Positions 47,852 through 57,017 of a stretch of DNA of 64,000 bases are shown in pieces. The stretch spans positions 1 to 64,000 of IMG/VR virus record IMGVR_UViG_3300042907_001596. One strand, written 5' to 3'. Position numbers and translations under genes: made by a program. The DNA is from a virus. The notes under the pieces are model-generated. The model was not told the DNA's origin, searched no databases, and saw only the letters and a list, made by a program, of their open reading frames with translations. The number at the start of each line of letters is the position of its first letter. Positions within the stretch are counted from its first letter, which is position 1.

Positions 47852-49296
47852 TGCTCCAGATCTCCGAAACGGCCGTCGATATGTTCGGCGTGAGTACCGC
47901 CACCGCCACCCCGTCGGGCACCGACAGTCGGGCAGGAAGCATCTACCAGCCTGCCACCCTCGCCGCCTGCACCCCGGTGTACATCACCTCGCTGGAGTTC
48001 GACACCTACCTGATGGTGTTCTCCCGGCGCTGGCTGGCCGCGACTCAATCCAGCACTCAACCCGGCCACTACACTGACTACACTGCGTCACCGGCACCAG
48101 GGTGGGTGAGCTTCAACGGGACGCACGGAAGTGTCGTCAGCCCCGTCGAAGACATCCCGATGGCGACGGCGCACGACTCCGTTCTCCTCACCGCTGCCTG
48201 CGCCCGACCGCCCTACACTTATCTGCTCAACACCGTTACGTCCGGCTCGTCGGTGACGGCGGTGGTGCAGCACATCATGTTCAACCAGCCGATGAAAACA
48301 CTCAGCGTCCTCAAAGAGGAAACCGTCCCGAACGCCGCGCTGCTCGACTTCCCGGTCGATGTGGTCTACAACCTTCCCAGTGGTGCGGAAATCGTGTTGA
48401 CCCCCGACGTGCTGGCCCGAATCTTCTCCGGTTCGATCTACCAGTGGACGGATCCGGCGATTTTGGATTTGAACCCCGGCGTCGACCTTCCGTCCTCCAC
48501 CCTCATCCAAGTCATCTACGATCTGGATGCTTCTGCCGACACCGCCGCGTTTCAGTCCTACCTGGAGGCGGAGTCCCCATATTGGGACTCCGGCACCTCG
48601 ACCAGCTACACAGGCTTCGGGGTGGGTGCGATCGACGTAGCCACTTCCGTCGCCGCGACATCCGCGTCGATCGGCTTCGTCGGAAAGGGGACGGCCGTCA
48701 ACGCGGCGACCGTCGTCACCCCGGTGCGTTTCGATCGGGGCCTCTACATTTCCGGCCAGAACCTTGTGGTATTCGGGGCGTCGTATTCGGGCAGGGTGTG
48801 CGTTGCCCGCAAGAACTGGGGCCGGATCGGATTCCCGACGACGGCGTGGGAGTACTTCGACGGAGCCGGGTGGAGCTTCGACCTGACCGCTGTGTCGCCA
48901 CTTCAGACGACGACCGGCACCGCCTTGACGACCGCTGGCCCGGTGAGTGTCGCGACGTACGACCGGCAGGTCTTTTTGTCTGCGGTGGTCACCTTCGGGG
49001 ATGACCGCTCCGCCCAGGTGTATCTTCAGAACGCCGTCAGCCAGTGGCAGCCGGTGGGGGATCAGATCTTTTTGGGGTCGGTGGCTGATGACACCTACAC
49101 CGGCGGCACCCTCCAGTTCCAGCCGCAGCTTTCTGCCATCGACTATCTGGTAGATGTGCCCAATGCGGTCGGTGCCATCCCAGTGTGCGTCACCATGGAG
49201 CAGTCGATCACCGAAGAGACGGTCACCGACATCTTCGTGACTTCGTCGGCGCTCGACGTGGCGTGGGGCTTGTGGCAAGTTGACCGCAATTTTTAA
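47851..49296 (+). CDS. Beta-propeller-like (DUF4185/DUF5005-like) protein with inserted PstS-like segment
   Basis: VARKNWG...WEYFDGAGWS propeller motif; insert YNLP...LARIFSGSIYQWTDPAILDLNPGVDLP. Confidence 0.6.
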   Translation: MLQISETAVDMFGVSTATATPSGTDSRAGSIYQPATLAACTPVYITSLEFDTYLMVFSRRWLAATQSSTQPGHYTDYTASPAPGWVSFNGTHGSVVSPVEDIPMATAHDSVLLTAACARPPYTYLLNTVTSGSSVTAVVQHIMFNQPMKTLSVLKEETVPNAALLDFPVDVVYNLPSGAEIVLTPDVLARIFSGSIYQWTDPAILDLNPGVDLPSSTLIQVIYDLDASADTAAFQSYLEAESPYWDSGTSTSYTGFGVGAIDVATSVAATSASIGFVGKGTAVNAATVVTPVRFDRGLYISGQNLVVFGASYSGRVCVARKNWGRIGFPTTAWEYFDGAGWSFDLTAVSPLQTTTGTALTTAGPVSVATYDRQVFLSAVVTFGDDRSAQVYLQNAVSQWQPVGDQIFLGSVADDTYTGGTLQFQPQLSAIDYLVDVPNAVGAIPVCVTMEQSITEETVTDIFVTSSALDVAWGLWQVDRNF

Positions 49297-49303
49297 CAAG
49301 TGG

Positions 49304-49313
49304 GTGTTAGACT
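49304..49313 (+). promoter_or_regulatory. SigA-type extended -10 (TGT TAGACT)
   Basis: Intergenic, AT-rich, upstream of the DUF932 gene. Confidence 0.45.
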
Positions 49314-49348
49314 TTCTACACAGTCATTACACAACCTAGGGAGCCGCT

Positions 49349-50335
49349 GTGAAGATCGCTGAATTAGAGTCCATCCTCGCTAACCGCCAGGAAGATCGGG
49401 TCGTCGCCAAAGTGGGCGAGATGAGCATCACCGACGATGCCGGAATCCTGTCCATCGGTAGCGACACCTTCCTGATGGACGAAGGGGTGGAGCGCACGCT
49501 GGCGTCCTATCTCAAGATCCCCCCGGCTTACTTGTCGGCGTGCCCTCCCGACTTCAAGGCAACCACGCTGCGCTTCTGGATGGGCGAGCACTCCGACGCC
49601 GACGCCGTAACGGAACTGATCAACGGTGCGGTGGTATCCATTCATTCCCCCGACCAACTGATGATCCCGGTGCGCCAGGTCGTCCAGGTAGCGGAGCGGG
49701 TCTTCAGCCCCGACGCTGAAGTGCGGCACAACTATCTGGATGACGAGCGTGTGCATCTCGACATCACTACATCAGAGCATCAAGTCGATGTGCAGTCCCC
49801 GGTGTACCGCCAAGTTGGGGACATTACCGAAGCGGGCTTGCGCTTCCTGGCCTACCCCACCCAAACCAAAGCCCCCAGCGTGGGGGCTTACCTGGAGCGG
49901 CTGGCCTGCACCAACGGTATGACCACCACGGAGCGGGCCGGACAGATCAGCCTGCGCGGCCGTACCGTCGATGAAGTCATCGAAGAGATGGAGCAGGCTG
50001 CCCGCATGATGCTCAGCACCCTCGACAATCGGTTGGAGCGCTATGCCGCCACCGCCCGCCAGCCCATCCCCGGCTCCCGGCAGGCGTTCGCCCACCAACT
50101 TGCCCGCGAAGCCAACCTGCCCCGGTCGGTGCTGGATTCGGTGATGGAGCTAGTCAACCAGCTTCCCGACAACGCGACGGTCTACGACATCAACCAGGCG
50201 TTCACTTCTGTGGCTAACACCGACGTGAACTACGCCACCCGCATGCGCCTCCAGGCGCTGGGCGGATCCATGGCTTTTGAAGCGGAGCGGATCCTAGCCC
50301 GCTGCGGAACGTGTCAACATCCCTTGGAGGTTTGA
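49349..50335 (+). CDS. DUF932-family protein
   Basis: ERLACTNGM signature. Confidence 0.72.
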   Translation: MKIAELESILANRQEDRVVAKVGEMSITDDAGILSIGSDTFLMDEGVERTLASYLKIPPAYLSACPPDFKATTLRFWMGEHSDADAVTELINGAVVSIHSPDQLMIPVRQVVQVAERVFSPDAEVRHNYLDDERVHLDITTSEHQVDVQSPVYRQVGDITEAGLRFLAYPTQTKAPSVGAYLERLACTNGMTTTERAGQISLRGRTVDEVIEEMEQAARMMLSTLDNRLERYAATARQPIPGSRQAFAHQLAREANLPRSVLDSVMELVNQLPDNATVYDINQAFTSVANTDVNYATRMRLQALGGSMAFEAERILARCGTCQHPLEV

Positions 50336-50515
50336 GTGAAAACTACCCTGACATTGGCGTCCGTCGCCATGAAAAAGGCTTTGGATGCTTACCACCCGAC
50401 ACAAAAAGCCCAACTGATCAACGAGTCCATCGCGTTGAGCTTGGTGTCGATTGCCGAAAATCTCAACAGGCTGGGGCGGCAGCCTCCTCCGAAAGCGAAC
50501 CTAGGTAGCGAGTAA
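50336..50515 (+). CDS. Small hypothetical protein, 59 aa (not in ORF track)
   Basis: RBS GGAGG, GTG start; ESIALSLVSIAENL. Confidence 0.55.
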   Translation: MKTTLTLASVAMKKALDAYHPTQKAQLINESIALSLVSIAENLNRLGRQPPPKANLGSE

Positions 50516-50592
50516 GAGGTGTAAGCCGACGTGATTCCCGACGTATTCGGGGACGTGCGGCCCCGCCACCCCAGCAACGGGGTATAGTTCTC

Positions 50593-50646
50593 GTGGGCCG
50601 GTGGGCGTATACGGGTGTCTCCTTCCGTCCACCGGCCTACCTTCTT
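50593..50646 (+). ncRNA. Candidate anti-Shine-Dalgarno hairpin sRNA B (or structured leader)
   Basis: TATAGT -10 at 50583; 15-bp stem 50593-50607/50626-50640; loop contains GGGTGTCTCCTTC; CTTCTT tail. Confidence 0.5.
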
Positions 50647-50660
50647 GTGAGGAGGGCCAG

Positions 50661-51128
50661 ATGGCCATCGACATGACCAACGCCAATGAGGGCGTCAGCG
50701 ATCTGTACGACAGTGAGCGCAAAGCCATCATCGGGATCCGTGCCCAGATGATGAGCAAATACTCCTTCAAAGCGATCGACTCCTTCAAGGCCGAAGACGA
50801 CATGAAGAACAAGATCTCCCAAGAGATCCGCCAGCGGTGCGCCGAGATCGGCTTCGTCGTAGAGGTGGAGTGGGAGTGGGAGAAGTTCGATGAGAAGACC
50901 GGCGAACTCGTTGACTTCAGCCCCACCGTGTCCTCCAACCCCAACGACCGTGCGATGTACTGGGTGCCCAACGTCGTGGCAACAGGCCGCACCGACAAGA
51001 CCGTCACGGAGTTCGACCACGACCGGCAAAAGCACGAGATTCGCTCCGGCCTGCTCGACGGCAAGGTGGGCGTGATCAACCCCAACACCGGGCAGATCAC
51101 CGAACCGAAGAAGAAGAACATCTACTGA
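50661..51128 (+). CDS. Hypothetical protein
   Basis: RBS GAGGAGGG, ATG 50661. Confidence 0.72.
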   Translation: MAIDMTNANEGVSDLYDSERKAIIGIRAQMMSKYSFKAIDSFKAEDDMKNKISQEIRQRCAEIGFVVEVEWEWEKFDEKTGELVDFSPTVSSNPNDRAMYWVPNVVATGRTDKTVTEFDHDRQKHEIRSGLLDGKVGVINPNTGQITEPKKKNIY

Positions 51129-51131
51129 AGC

Positions 51132-51167
51132 TGTAAAGTCTCGCGGCCCTGACGGGAAAGGGTGAAG
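51132..51167 (+). promoter_or_regulatory. Class-2 promoter-like motif TGTAAA-N18-GAAAGGGTGAAG
   Basis: Identical boxes and spacing to 25622. Confidence 0.62.
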
Positions 51168-51188
51168 CACCTACCCGCCGGAGGGCCA

Positions 51189-51356
51189 ATGAGAATCGCC
51201 GCAGTTGTCGCCCTGGTGTTTCTCACCGGCTGCGCTCCCAGCGATGAGCTTGATCAGATCATGGGCCGCACCGACGGCACACCGACGACGAGCACGCAGC
51301 GCATCGACTGTGACTTGATCTTCCCCGCCCCAAGCAAAGACACCCTCGCGCCATGA
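51189..51356 (+). CDS. Small lipoprotein
   Basis: MRIAAVVALVFLTG-C lipobox; RBS GGAGGG. Confidence 0.62.
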   Translation: MRIAAVVALVFLTGCAPSDELDQIMGRTDGTPTTSTQRIDCDLIFPAPSKDTLAP

Positions 51357-51601
51357 AGTGGGTTGTGGCTGGCTGCGCCGTCGTCTTCGTTGCCGCCTAT
51401 ACGTTCGTGTACACAGCGGTGAAGTCATTGCTGGATGAAGACTGGCAGCCCGACTGGGACTTACTGGAAAGAGAGAGATAATGACCGACAAGAAGAAACC
51501 ATCCGTCGATTGCCGGGGCGCTGAGTTGTTCCCAATCGGAAACAGCGGCTTCCTGGGCAAGATCATCTCCTTCTTTCTGGGCAGGAAGCGGCGGTAAAGC
51601 G

Positions 51602-51841
51602 GTGGGGGAGAATCCGCCGATTCCTCCAGCGGTGATCGCAGACCTGCGGGTGTACAACGTCGTCTGTCCGGCCTGCTTCACCGCGCTGGGGCGGGCGACG
51701 TTCCGCGACTCCGACGCCCTCGCTCTCGCTCACGACTGTCCGGCTTCGCCAGAAGAGCAAGAGCAGGCGATCATCAACGTCGAGTTTGCCGCTCTGACCG
51801 GCGACACCACCGCGTTGCTCGCCCGCAACCAGGACAAATGA
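51602..51841 (+). CDS. Small Zn-finger-like protein
   Basis: CPAC...HDC. Confidence 0.5.
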   Translation: MGENPPIPPAVIADLRVYNVVCPACFTALGRATFRDSDALALAHDCPASPEEQEQAIINVEFAALTGDTTALLARNQDK

Positions 51842-51985
51842 TGGTTTGCTCCGGCTGCTGCTGCGGCGAATCTCGTTGTGCCCCAGTGTCAACCCCCCAA
51901 TTATCGGCGGAACACGACCTGGGCATACCCTCTCAGCTACCCCCAAATATGGCCTCTAGCAGCGATGATGAGGAAGGCCGCTAAG

Positions 51986-52017
51986 TATAATTGAAGGTGA
52001 GGCCACAGAGTGTGGCC
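51986..52017 (+). promoter_or_regulatory. SigA-type -10 TATAAT plus 5' hairpin
   Basis: TATAAT 51986; GGCCACA/TGTGGCC hairpin 52001-52017 before RBS GGAAGGAG. Confidence 0.55.
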
Positions 52018-52034
52018 GGAAGGAGACACCTTCG

Positions 52035-52247
52035 ATGTCCAAACCCAAACGGTGCCGCTGCGGTCAGATACTGCAAGGCCGTCAACGTATCCACTGCGCC
52101 CAGTGCTACCTCAAGCGCCACCCCGGCTCCAGCCAGTGCCCCCGCTGCTTCCAGTGGTACATGAGCCACGGCGGCAAGGCGTACGCCTCCATCGTGAAGC
52201 TGCACGCCACCGGCAAGTGCAAGAAGCAGGAGGCGGTGGCGGCATGA
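52035..52247 (+). CDS. Small Cys-rich protein
   Basis: CRCG, CAQC, CPRC; strong RBS. Confidence 0.65.
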   Translation: MSKPKRCRCGQILQGRQRIHCAQCYLKRHPGSSQCPRCFQWYMSHGGKAYASIVKLHATGKCKKQEAVAA

Positions 52248-52426
52248 CCTACGTCGACAGTTCCTGGGCCTTCAAGCGCGGCGACCTCGTGCGCGTCGAT
52301 GACTCCACCCTGGTCGGGGTGGTACTGGAGGTGGCCAACCCCGGCATCGTCCGCGTCCGCTGGGGCACCGATGACTACTCCGGCTGGTACTCCTCCAACG
52401 ACCTCTACCGGGTGAAGCTGAAGTAG
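52244..52426 (+). CDS. Small SH3/KOW-like protein
   Basis: FKRGDLVRV...GVVLEV...VRVRW...L; ATGA overlap. Confidence 0.6.
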   Translation: MTYVDSSWAFKRGDLVRVDDSTLVGVVLEVANPGIVRVRWGTDDYSGWYSSNDLYRVKLK

Positions 52427-52501
52427 AGCGTGTCGCACTCCCCCGGTAATAACAAAGCTGTAATCTAGGTGGCAGTGCTGGCAGGATAGAGGAGGAGGGC
52501 G

Positions 52502-52912
52502 GTGTCCGACATCGTCAACGCGATCGACGCTCTCATCGAAGAGCAGCTATCGCAGGGGGAGCCGGAGAGAGGCTTCGACGCTGGTGATCCAGACTTCCCC
52601 ACCTGCCCGCACTGCGACCGGGACTGGCATGGGTTCCCATTGACCGAGCGGGTCGCGGCGATGCACCGCCGTGGCTCGTTTGATGAGGGGTACAGCGTCA
52701 AGGCAGACGAATCCCCTGTGTTATGTCCCGGTTCCAACTTCATCGGCCCTATCAAGGCCAGCGCCGTCGCCGTGCAACGACGAGTATCGTGCCTCGACAT
52801 CCTCACCGCCATCCTGGGGGAGATAGAGGATGACGACACCCCTCGCGGCTACTTGGTGTTCGACTACGCCCCACCGTCATCGTGGCTGTGCCGGGAAATC
52901 TCCGACCAGTGA
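52502..52912 (+). CDS. Hypothetical protein (CPHCDRDWHG motif)
   Basis: RBS GAGGAGGAGG, GTG start. Confidence 0.65.
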   Translation: MSDIVNAIDALIEEQLSQGEPERGFDAGDPDFPTCPHCDRDWHGFPLTERVAAMHRRGSFDEGYSVKADESPVLCPGSNFIGPIKASAVAVQRRVSCLDILTAILGEIEDDDTPRGYLVFDYAPPSSWLCREISDQ

Positions 52913-53054
52913 GCTACGGCGAGAAGCGACGATCCGCAGCCTCCTGCCGGTGGCCGGGGTGCGAAGACACCGGGACGGCGCTGGCCCTCGACCACACCGG
53001 CAAGCCGCAATGGTTCTGCCCTAGCCACCACGCCCACCTGAAGGGGAAGAAGCC

Positions 53055-53777
53055 GTGAAGTGGAGGAGCAAGCCGACCCCGCCGCCGATCGGGATCGCCG
53101 TCACCACCCTCAACCGGCGACGCCTGCTGAAGCGCACGCTGCGCAAGATCGCCCGCTACACCCCTGCCGGGGTGCCGGTCGTTGTGGTCGATGACGGATC
53201 CGACCGGCCGTACCGCCACGCCGACCACTACAACACTCTCCCGAAAGGGGTGGCCAACGCGAAGAATCACTGCCTTCGCCTGCTGATGGCCAACCCCGCC
53301 GTGGAGCATCTGTTCCTTTTTGATGACGACTGCCACCCGACCCGGCGGGGCTGGTGGAAACCGTATGTCGACTCCCCCGAACAGCACCTGGCGTACCTGC
53401 ACTCCAACCTCGACCCGGCTGCTCACACTGTGGTGTACGACGACGGCCAGATGATCGCCACCGAGCGGGGCACCGCTTGCATGCTCTACTTCACCCGCGC
53501 TGCCATTTATGCCGTCGGCGGCTTCCGGCCCGAATACGGCCGGTGGTCATACGAACACGACGACCTCACCTACCGGCTGATGAACACCGGGGTGACTCGC
53601 TTCCCCTACCAGGGGCTGAAAGACAACCGGGGCATCTGGAATCTGGACGAACACATCCACGGCCGTTCCTCCATCCCTTCCGAAGAGCGCCGTTCGATGC
53701 GTGACGCCAACCGGCTGCTCTTTGAGAAGTATCGGTGGAACACCGACTACGTCCCGTACGACGACAGGAGTGTGTAG
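53055..53777 (+). CDS. Glycosyltransferase family 2
   Basis: IAVTTLNR, VVVDDGS, GVANAKN, LFDDD, GGF...YEHDDL. Confidence 0.85.
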   Translation: MKWRSKPTPPPIGIAVTTLNRRRLLKRTLRKIARYTPAGVPVVVVDDGSDRPYRHADHYNTLPKGVANAKNHCLRLLMANPAVEHLFLFDDDCHPTRRGWWKPYVDSPEQHLAYLHSNLDPAAHTVVYDDGQMIATERGTACMLYFTRAAIYAVGGFRPEYGRWSYEHDDLTYRLMNTGVTRFPYQGLKDNRGIWNLDEHIHGRSSIPSEERRSMRDANRLLFEKYRWNTDYVPYDDRSV

Positions 53778-53898
53778 TGGCTAAACACCGATGGAAAGGC
53801 GCGGCGAAGCGCAACGCTTACGCCGTGATCCTCACCCCCAAGATGGGCTGGGTGCGGTGCTTTCACTGCGGCCACGAAGACATCCGGTTGATGCCGCT

Positions 53899-54543
53899 GT
53901 GAGCGCCACCGTGTGCTTCCCCTGGCGGGCGCAGCCCGACCGCCTCGCCGCCCACGATCGCTGCAAAGCGTACTGGGAAGAGGCGGGCTTCCCGGTGGTT
54001 GAAGCCGACAGCGACCCATCCCGGCCGTTTGTGTGCAACGAAGCCCGCAACAATGCCGCCGCGCTGGCCGACACCGACATCCTGATCATCGCGGACGCCG
54101 ACACCCTGCCCGACCACCTCGACCAGATCACCGCCGCGATCAAACTCATCGAAGACGATCGTGCCGACATCGTGTGGCCGTTCACGCTGTACCGCTACAT
54201 TCCCAACGGTTGGGACTCCGCCTTCTCCGAAGCGGCCATCGTGGGGGAAACCTACCTCAGCCCCGGCGGCATCGTGGTGGCTGGACGCGACCCGTTCTGG
54301 CGGATCGGTGGATACGACCCGCGCTTCATCCCCGGTGCGTCCGGCTTCGATGACACCGCCTTCCTTAAGGCGGCGCAGACCCTCACCAGGGTCACCCGCA
54401 TTTACGGCACCGTCTGGTCGTGGGATCACCCGATGTCGGTGGAGCGCCAGTACGACGAAGACAATCCGAACTATCCGCGCTTCCGGCTGTACGAGTATGC
54501 CGACGGTGACCAGGAGTTGATGGTTGAGGTGGTGCGGCGATGA
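53899..54543 (+). CDS. GT-A glycosyltransferase (galactosyltransferase-like)
   Basis: VCFPWR, ARNNAA, IADAD, GGYDPRF...GFDD; start inferred at GTG 53899. Confidence 0.8.
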   Translation: MSATVCFPWRAQPDRLAAHDRCKAYWEEAGFPVVEADSDPSRPFVCNEARNNAAALADTDILIIADADTLPDHLDQITAAIKLIEDDRADIVWPFTLYRYIPNGWDSAFSEAAIVGETYLSPGGIVVAGRDPFWRIGGYDPRFIPGASGFDDTAFLKAAQTLTRVTRIYGTVWSWDHPMSVERQYDEDNPNYPRFRLYEYADGDQELMVEVVRR

Positions 54544-54743
54544 AGAGTGAGCGCCAATTTTCCGCATTGGATCACTACAATTCCGCTGCTGCCAGCCTCC
54601 AGCAGATCGCGGAAAAGCATGACGAGCCTGACTTCGGCGTGGCCGACGCTGCCCTGCTCCTCAACGTCGCGACCACCCATGCCCTGCTGGGGCTGCTGAA
54701 GCTGGGTATCACCGACGCCCGCTTCGCTGGGCGGATGGAGTGA
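54540..54743 (+). CDS. Hypothetical protein
   Basis: ATGA overlap; ATTHALL motif. Confidence 0.55.
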   Translation: MKSERQFSALDHYNSAAASLQQIAEKHDEPDFGVADAALLLNVATTHALLGLLKLGITDARFAGRME

Positions 54744-54744
54744 G

Positions 54745-54954
54745 GTGTTGAGGACTCCCGGCCAGGAGTACACCGCTGAGTGCGATGACACGACTTCGCC
54801 GGAATGTGAACACACCACCAAGATCAGCGCCATCAACGACGCCACCGCGCTGTATCTGCTGAGCCGGAAAGGGTGGCTCACCACGGTGGTGTACGGGGCG
54901 GAAATCCGTAACGAACTGACCTGCCCTGCCTGCGCGTTGCGCCGCAATGATTGA
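54745..54954 (+). CDS. Small Zn-finger-like protein
   Basis: CD...C, GW, TCPAC. Confidence 0.55.
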   Translation: MLRTPGQEYTAECDDTTSPECEHTTKISAINDATALYLLSRKGWLTTVVYGAEIRNELTCPACALRRND

Positions 54955-55186
54955 CAGTGTGGGTGTTAAAGTTATCCCACAGCACGAATCCCAGGAGGAC
55001 ACGGTGAAGCAAGGGTATTGGGAGACGAGGGCTGCCCAGTTGGTGCAGCAGTCCTCCGACCACTCACCGCTGCTGAACCAATGGATTGAGCGGCTGGGTA
55101 AGTCTCACGACAGCCTCATCCAGTTGTTCATCCATTCCATAGGTGGAGACAATCCAAGTCGACACAACAACTCAAGGGAGCAGTAG
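54947..55186 (+). CDS. Hypothetical protein
   Basis: In-operon ORF; start uncertain. Confidence 0.4.
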   Translation: MIDSVGVKVIPQHESQEDTVKQGYWETRAAQLVQQSSDHSPLLNQWIERLGKSHDSLIQLFIHSIGGDNPSRHNNSREQ

Positions 55187-55354
55187 ATGCTTCAGATCAT
55201 CATAGGAGTCACCCCACTACTCGCCGGGATCTGGCTGCTGTACCGCCACGACGAAGACACCCACATGCTGGCGTTAGGCATCATCGCATCGGTCATCCTG
55301 ATCGGGTGCGTTCTACTGCTCCTGAGCGGGGTAGGAAAGGTTCTGCAACCATGA
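55187..55354 (+). CDS. 55-aa two-TM membrane protein (not in ORF track)
   Basis: RBS AAGGGAG; two hydrophobic stretches; ATGA overlap with the peptidase. Confidence 0.55.
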   Translation: MLQIIIGVTPLLAGIWLLYRHDEDTHMLALGIIASVILIGCVLLLLSGVGKVLQP

Positions 55355-56049
55355 CACGCACCTTCGGTCGATTCGTTGAACACGACCCCCGCAGCCGGAT
55401 GTTCGCCGCCCCCACCCCCCCGACGAAGCGGTCGGTGTTGTGGGCGCACCACGGCCCAGTACTGGATCAAGGGGAGATGGGATCCTGCACCGGCAGTGCC
55501 GCCGCGCAACTGATCAACACCGATCTGTTCGCCGCCGTACGCCCGAAGGGATACCTCACCCAAAACGACGCCATCAAGCTGTACGCCAGAGCGACGATGC
55601 TGGACGACGCCCCCGGCACCTTCCCGCCGGACGACACCGGCTCCTCCGGTTTAGCGGTCGCTAAAGCCGGGGTGCAGATGAAGTACTTCGGCGCGTACAA
55701 GCACGCCTTCGGGTTCGACAAGTTCTGCGCCGTCCTGCAAACCAGCCCGCTGCTGGTAGGGACGAATTGGTACACGTCGATGAACAAAACCTCCACCACC
55801 GGGCTGGTGACTGTGCGCGGCCAACTGGAAGGGGGACACCAGTGGCTGGCAATAGGGGTGGACTACGAGCGCCAGCAGATCACCGGCCTCAACAGTTGGG
55901 GGCCGACGTGGGGAAAGAACGGCCGCTTCTTCCTGAGCTTCACCACGATGCGCAGGCTGCTGGCCGAACAAGGCGACGCTGTCGCCCCCACCCCGGCGGT
56001 GAAGCGCACCCTGCTTTCCTTCATCCTGCCGAAAAAGGTGACGCCATGA
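55351..56049 (+). CDS. Papain-like (C1) cysteine peptidase
   Basis: DQGEMGSCTG, GGHQW, NSWGPTWGKNG. Confidence 0.85.
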   Translation: MTRTFGRFVEHDPRSRMFAAPTPPTKRSVLWAHHGPVLDQGEMGSCTGSAAAQLINTDLFAAVRPKGYLTQNDAIKLYARATMLDDAPGTFPPDDTGSSGLAVAKAGVQMKYFGAYKHAFGFDKFCAVLQTSPLLVGTNWYTSMNKTSTTGLVTVRGQLEGGHQWLAIGVDYERQQITGLNSWGPTWGKNGRFFLSFTTMRRLLAEQGDAVAPTPAVKRTLLSFILPKKVTP

Positions 56050-56447
56050 TCCGCAATGAACTGCTGTCGATGCTGGCCGATGACCGCATCACCATCCCGA
56101 CCGACCGGCTGCTGGAGCTACTGGGGGACATGAACTTCTTCGCGGACTGCCCCCCGCCGGAACTGGTCGCCATGACCGGCGACGACACCATGCGGGAACT
56201 GCTCAGTGCGATGTGGTCGGCCGGATACCGCGACGCCATGAAGGCGGTGATGACGCTAATCCCCAGGACGGAGCCGCAGAGCCGAGCCGAACTGATGGCC
56301 AAGCTCACCGACGCCCTCACGTCGTGGGAGAAGCACCCGAAGTACGGCGACAACGTGCCTCGCGGGGATGTCATCCAGGCTGCCGACGAACTGGCCACCC
56401 TCGCCGCCGAGATGCTGGACAAGCTCAAAGCCCCGATGGGAGAGTGA
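56046..56447 (+). CDS. Hypothetical protein
   Basis: ATGA overlap, RBS AAGGTGA. Confidence 0.6.
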   Translation: MIRNELLSMLADDRITIPTDRLLELLGDMNFFADCPPPELVAMTGDDTMRELLSAMWSAGYRDAMKAVMTLIPRTEPQSRAELMAKLTDALTSWEKHPKYGDNVPRGDVIQAADELATLAAEMLDKLKAPMGE

Positions 56448-56582
56448 GATGGAAGATCGCAAGCCGCAAACCGCTGACCATCTGGTCGACCAGATCCGCA
56501 CCGTAGTCGACCAAGACATCACCGCCCCCAACGAGTGGTACAAGATCATCCTGGCGGTGCGCGACCTCGTCGGGGTGACCCG

Positions 56583-56846
56583 ATGAGCGAGCCGACCTTC
56601 CAGTACGCCGTCGATGTTGATGTCGACCTCGACCTGACGGCGTGCTGCTCGCTGAAGCACATCGTCAACCGCCGCCCATTCTGTAGCCGACCGGCGGAGT
56701 GGATCGTGATGCTTGGCTGCTGCGGCTACCGCAAGCTGGTGTGCAGTCACCACCGCAATGTGTCGGACAGTGTCTTCCCGCTGATGTTCCTCTGTACCCG
56801 CTGCCACGCTCAGTACCCGCCGACGGCGGCGGCGTGGAGGGTGTAG
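56583..56846 (+). CDS. Small Cys-rich protein
   Basis: CC, CSRPAEW, CCG, CSHH, CTRC. Confidence 0.55.
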   Translation: MSEPTFQYAVDVDVDLDLTACCSLKHIVNRRPFCSRPAEWIVMLGCCGYRKLVCSHHRNVSDSVFPLMFLCTRCHAQYPPTAAAWRV

Positions 56847-57017
56847 AGGGCGATGACCTCACCACTTTGGAGGTGAGGTTGAGCCGGTACATCACCGCCG
56901 ACGGAAAGATGGCGTTCCGCATGGTCACCCCCGACAAATACAACGTGGTGGAGATGCTGGGGCTGCTGGAGGCGGCGAAGTTCACGATCTTCCACGAGAT
57001 GTCCCCGAAGGATGACG

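Noticed and set aside
51838-51984. 48-aa ORF MMVCSGCCCG...
   Set aside because: Atypical codon usage and weak RBS; cannot be supported.
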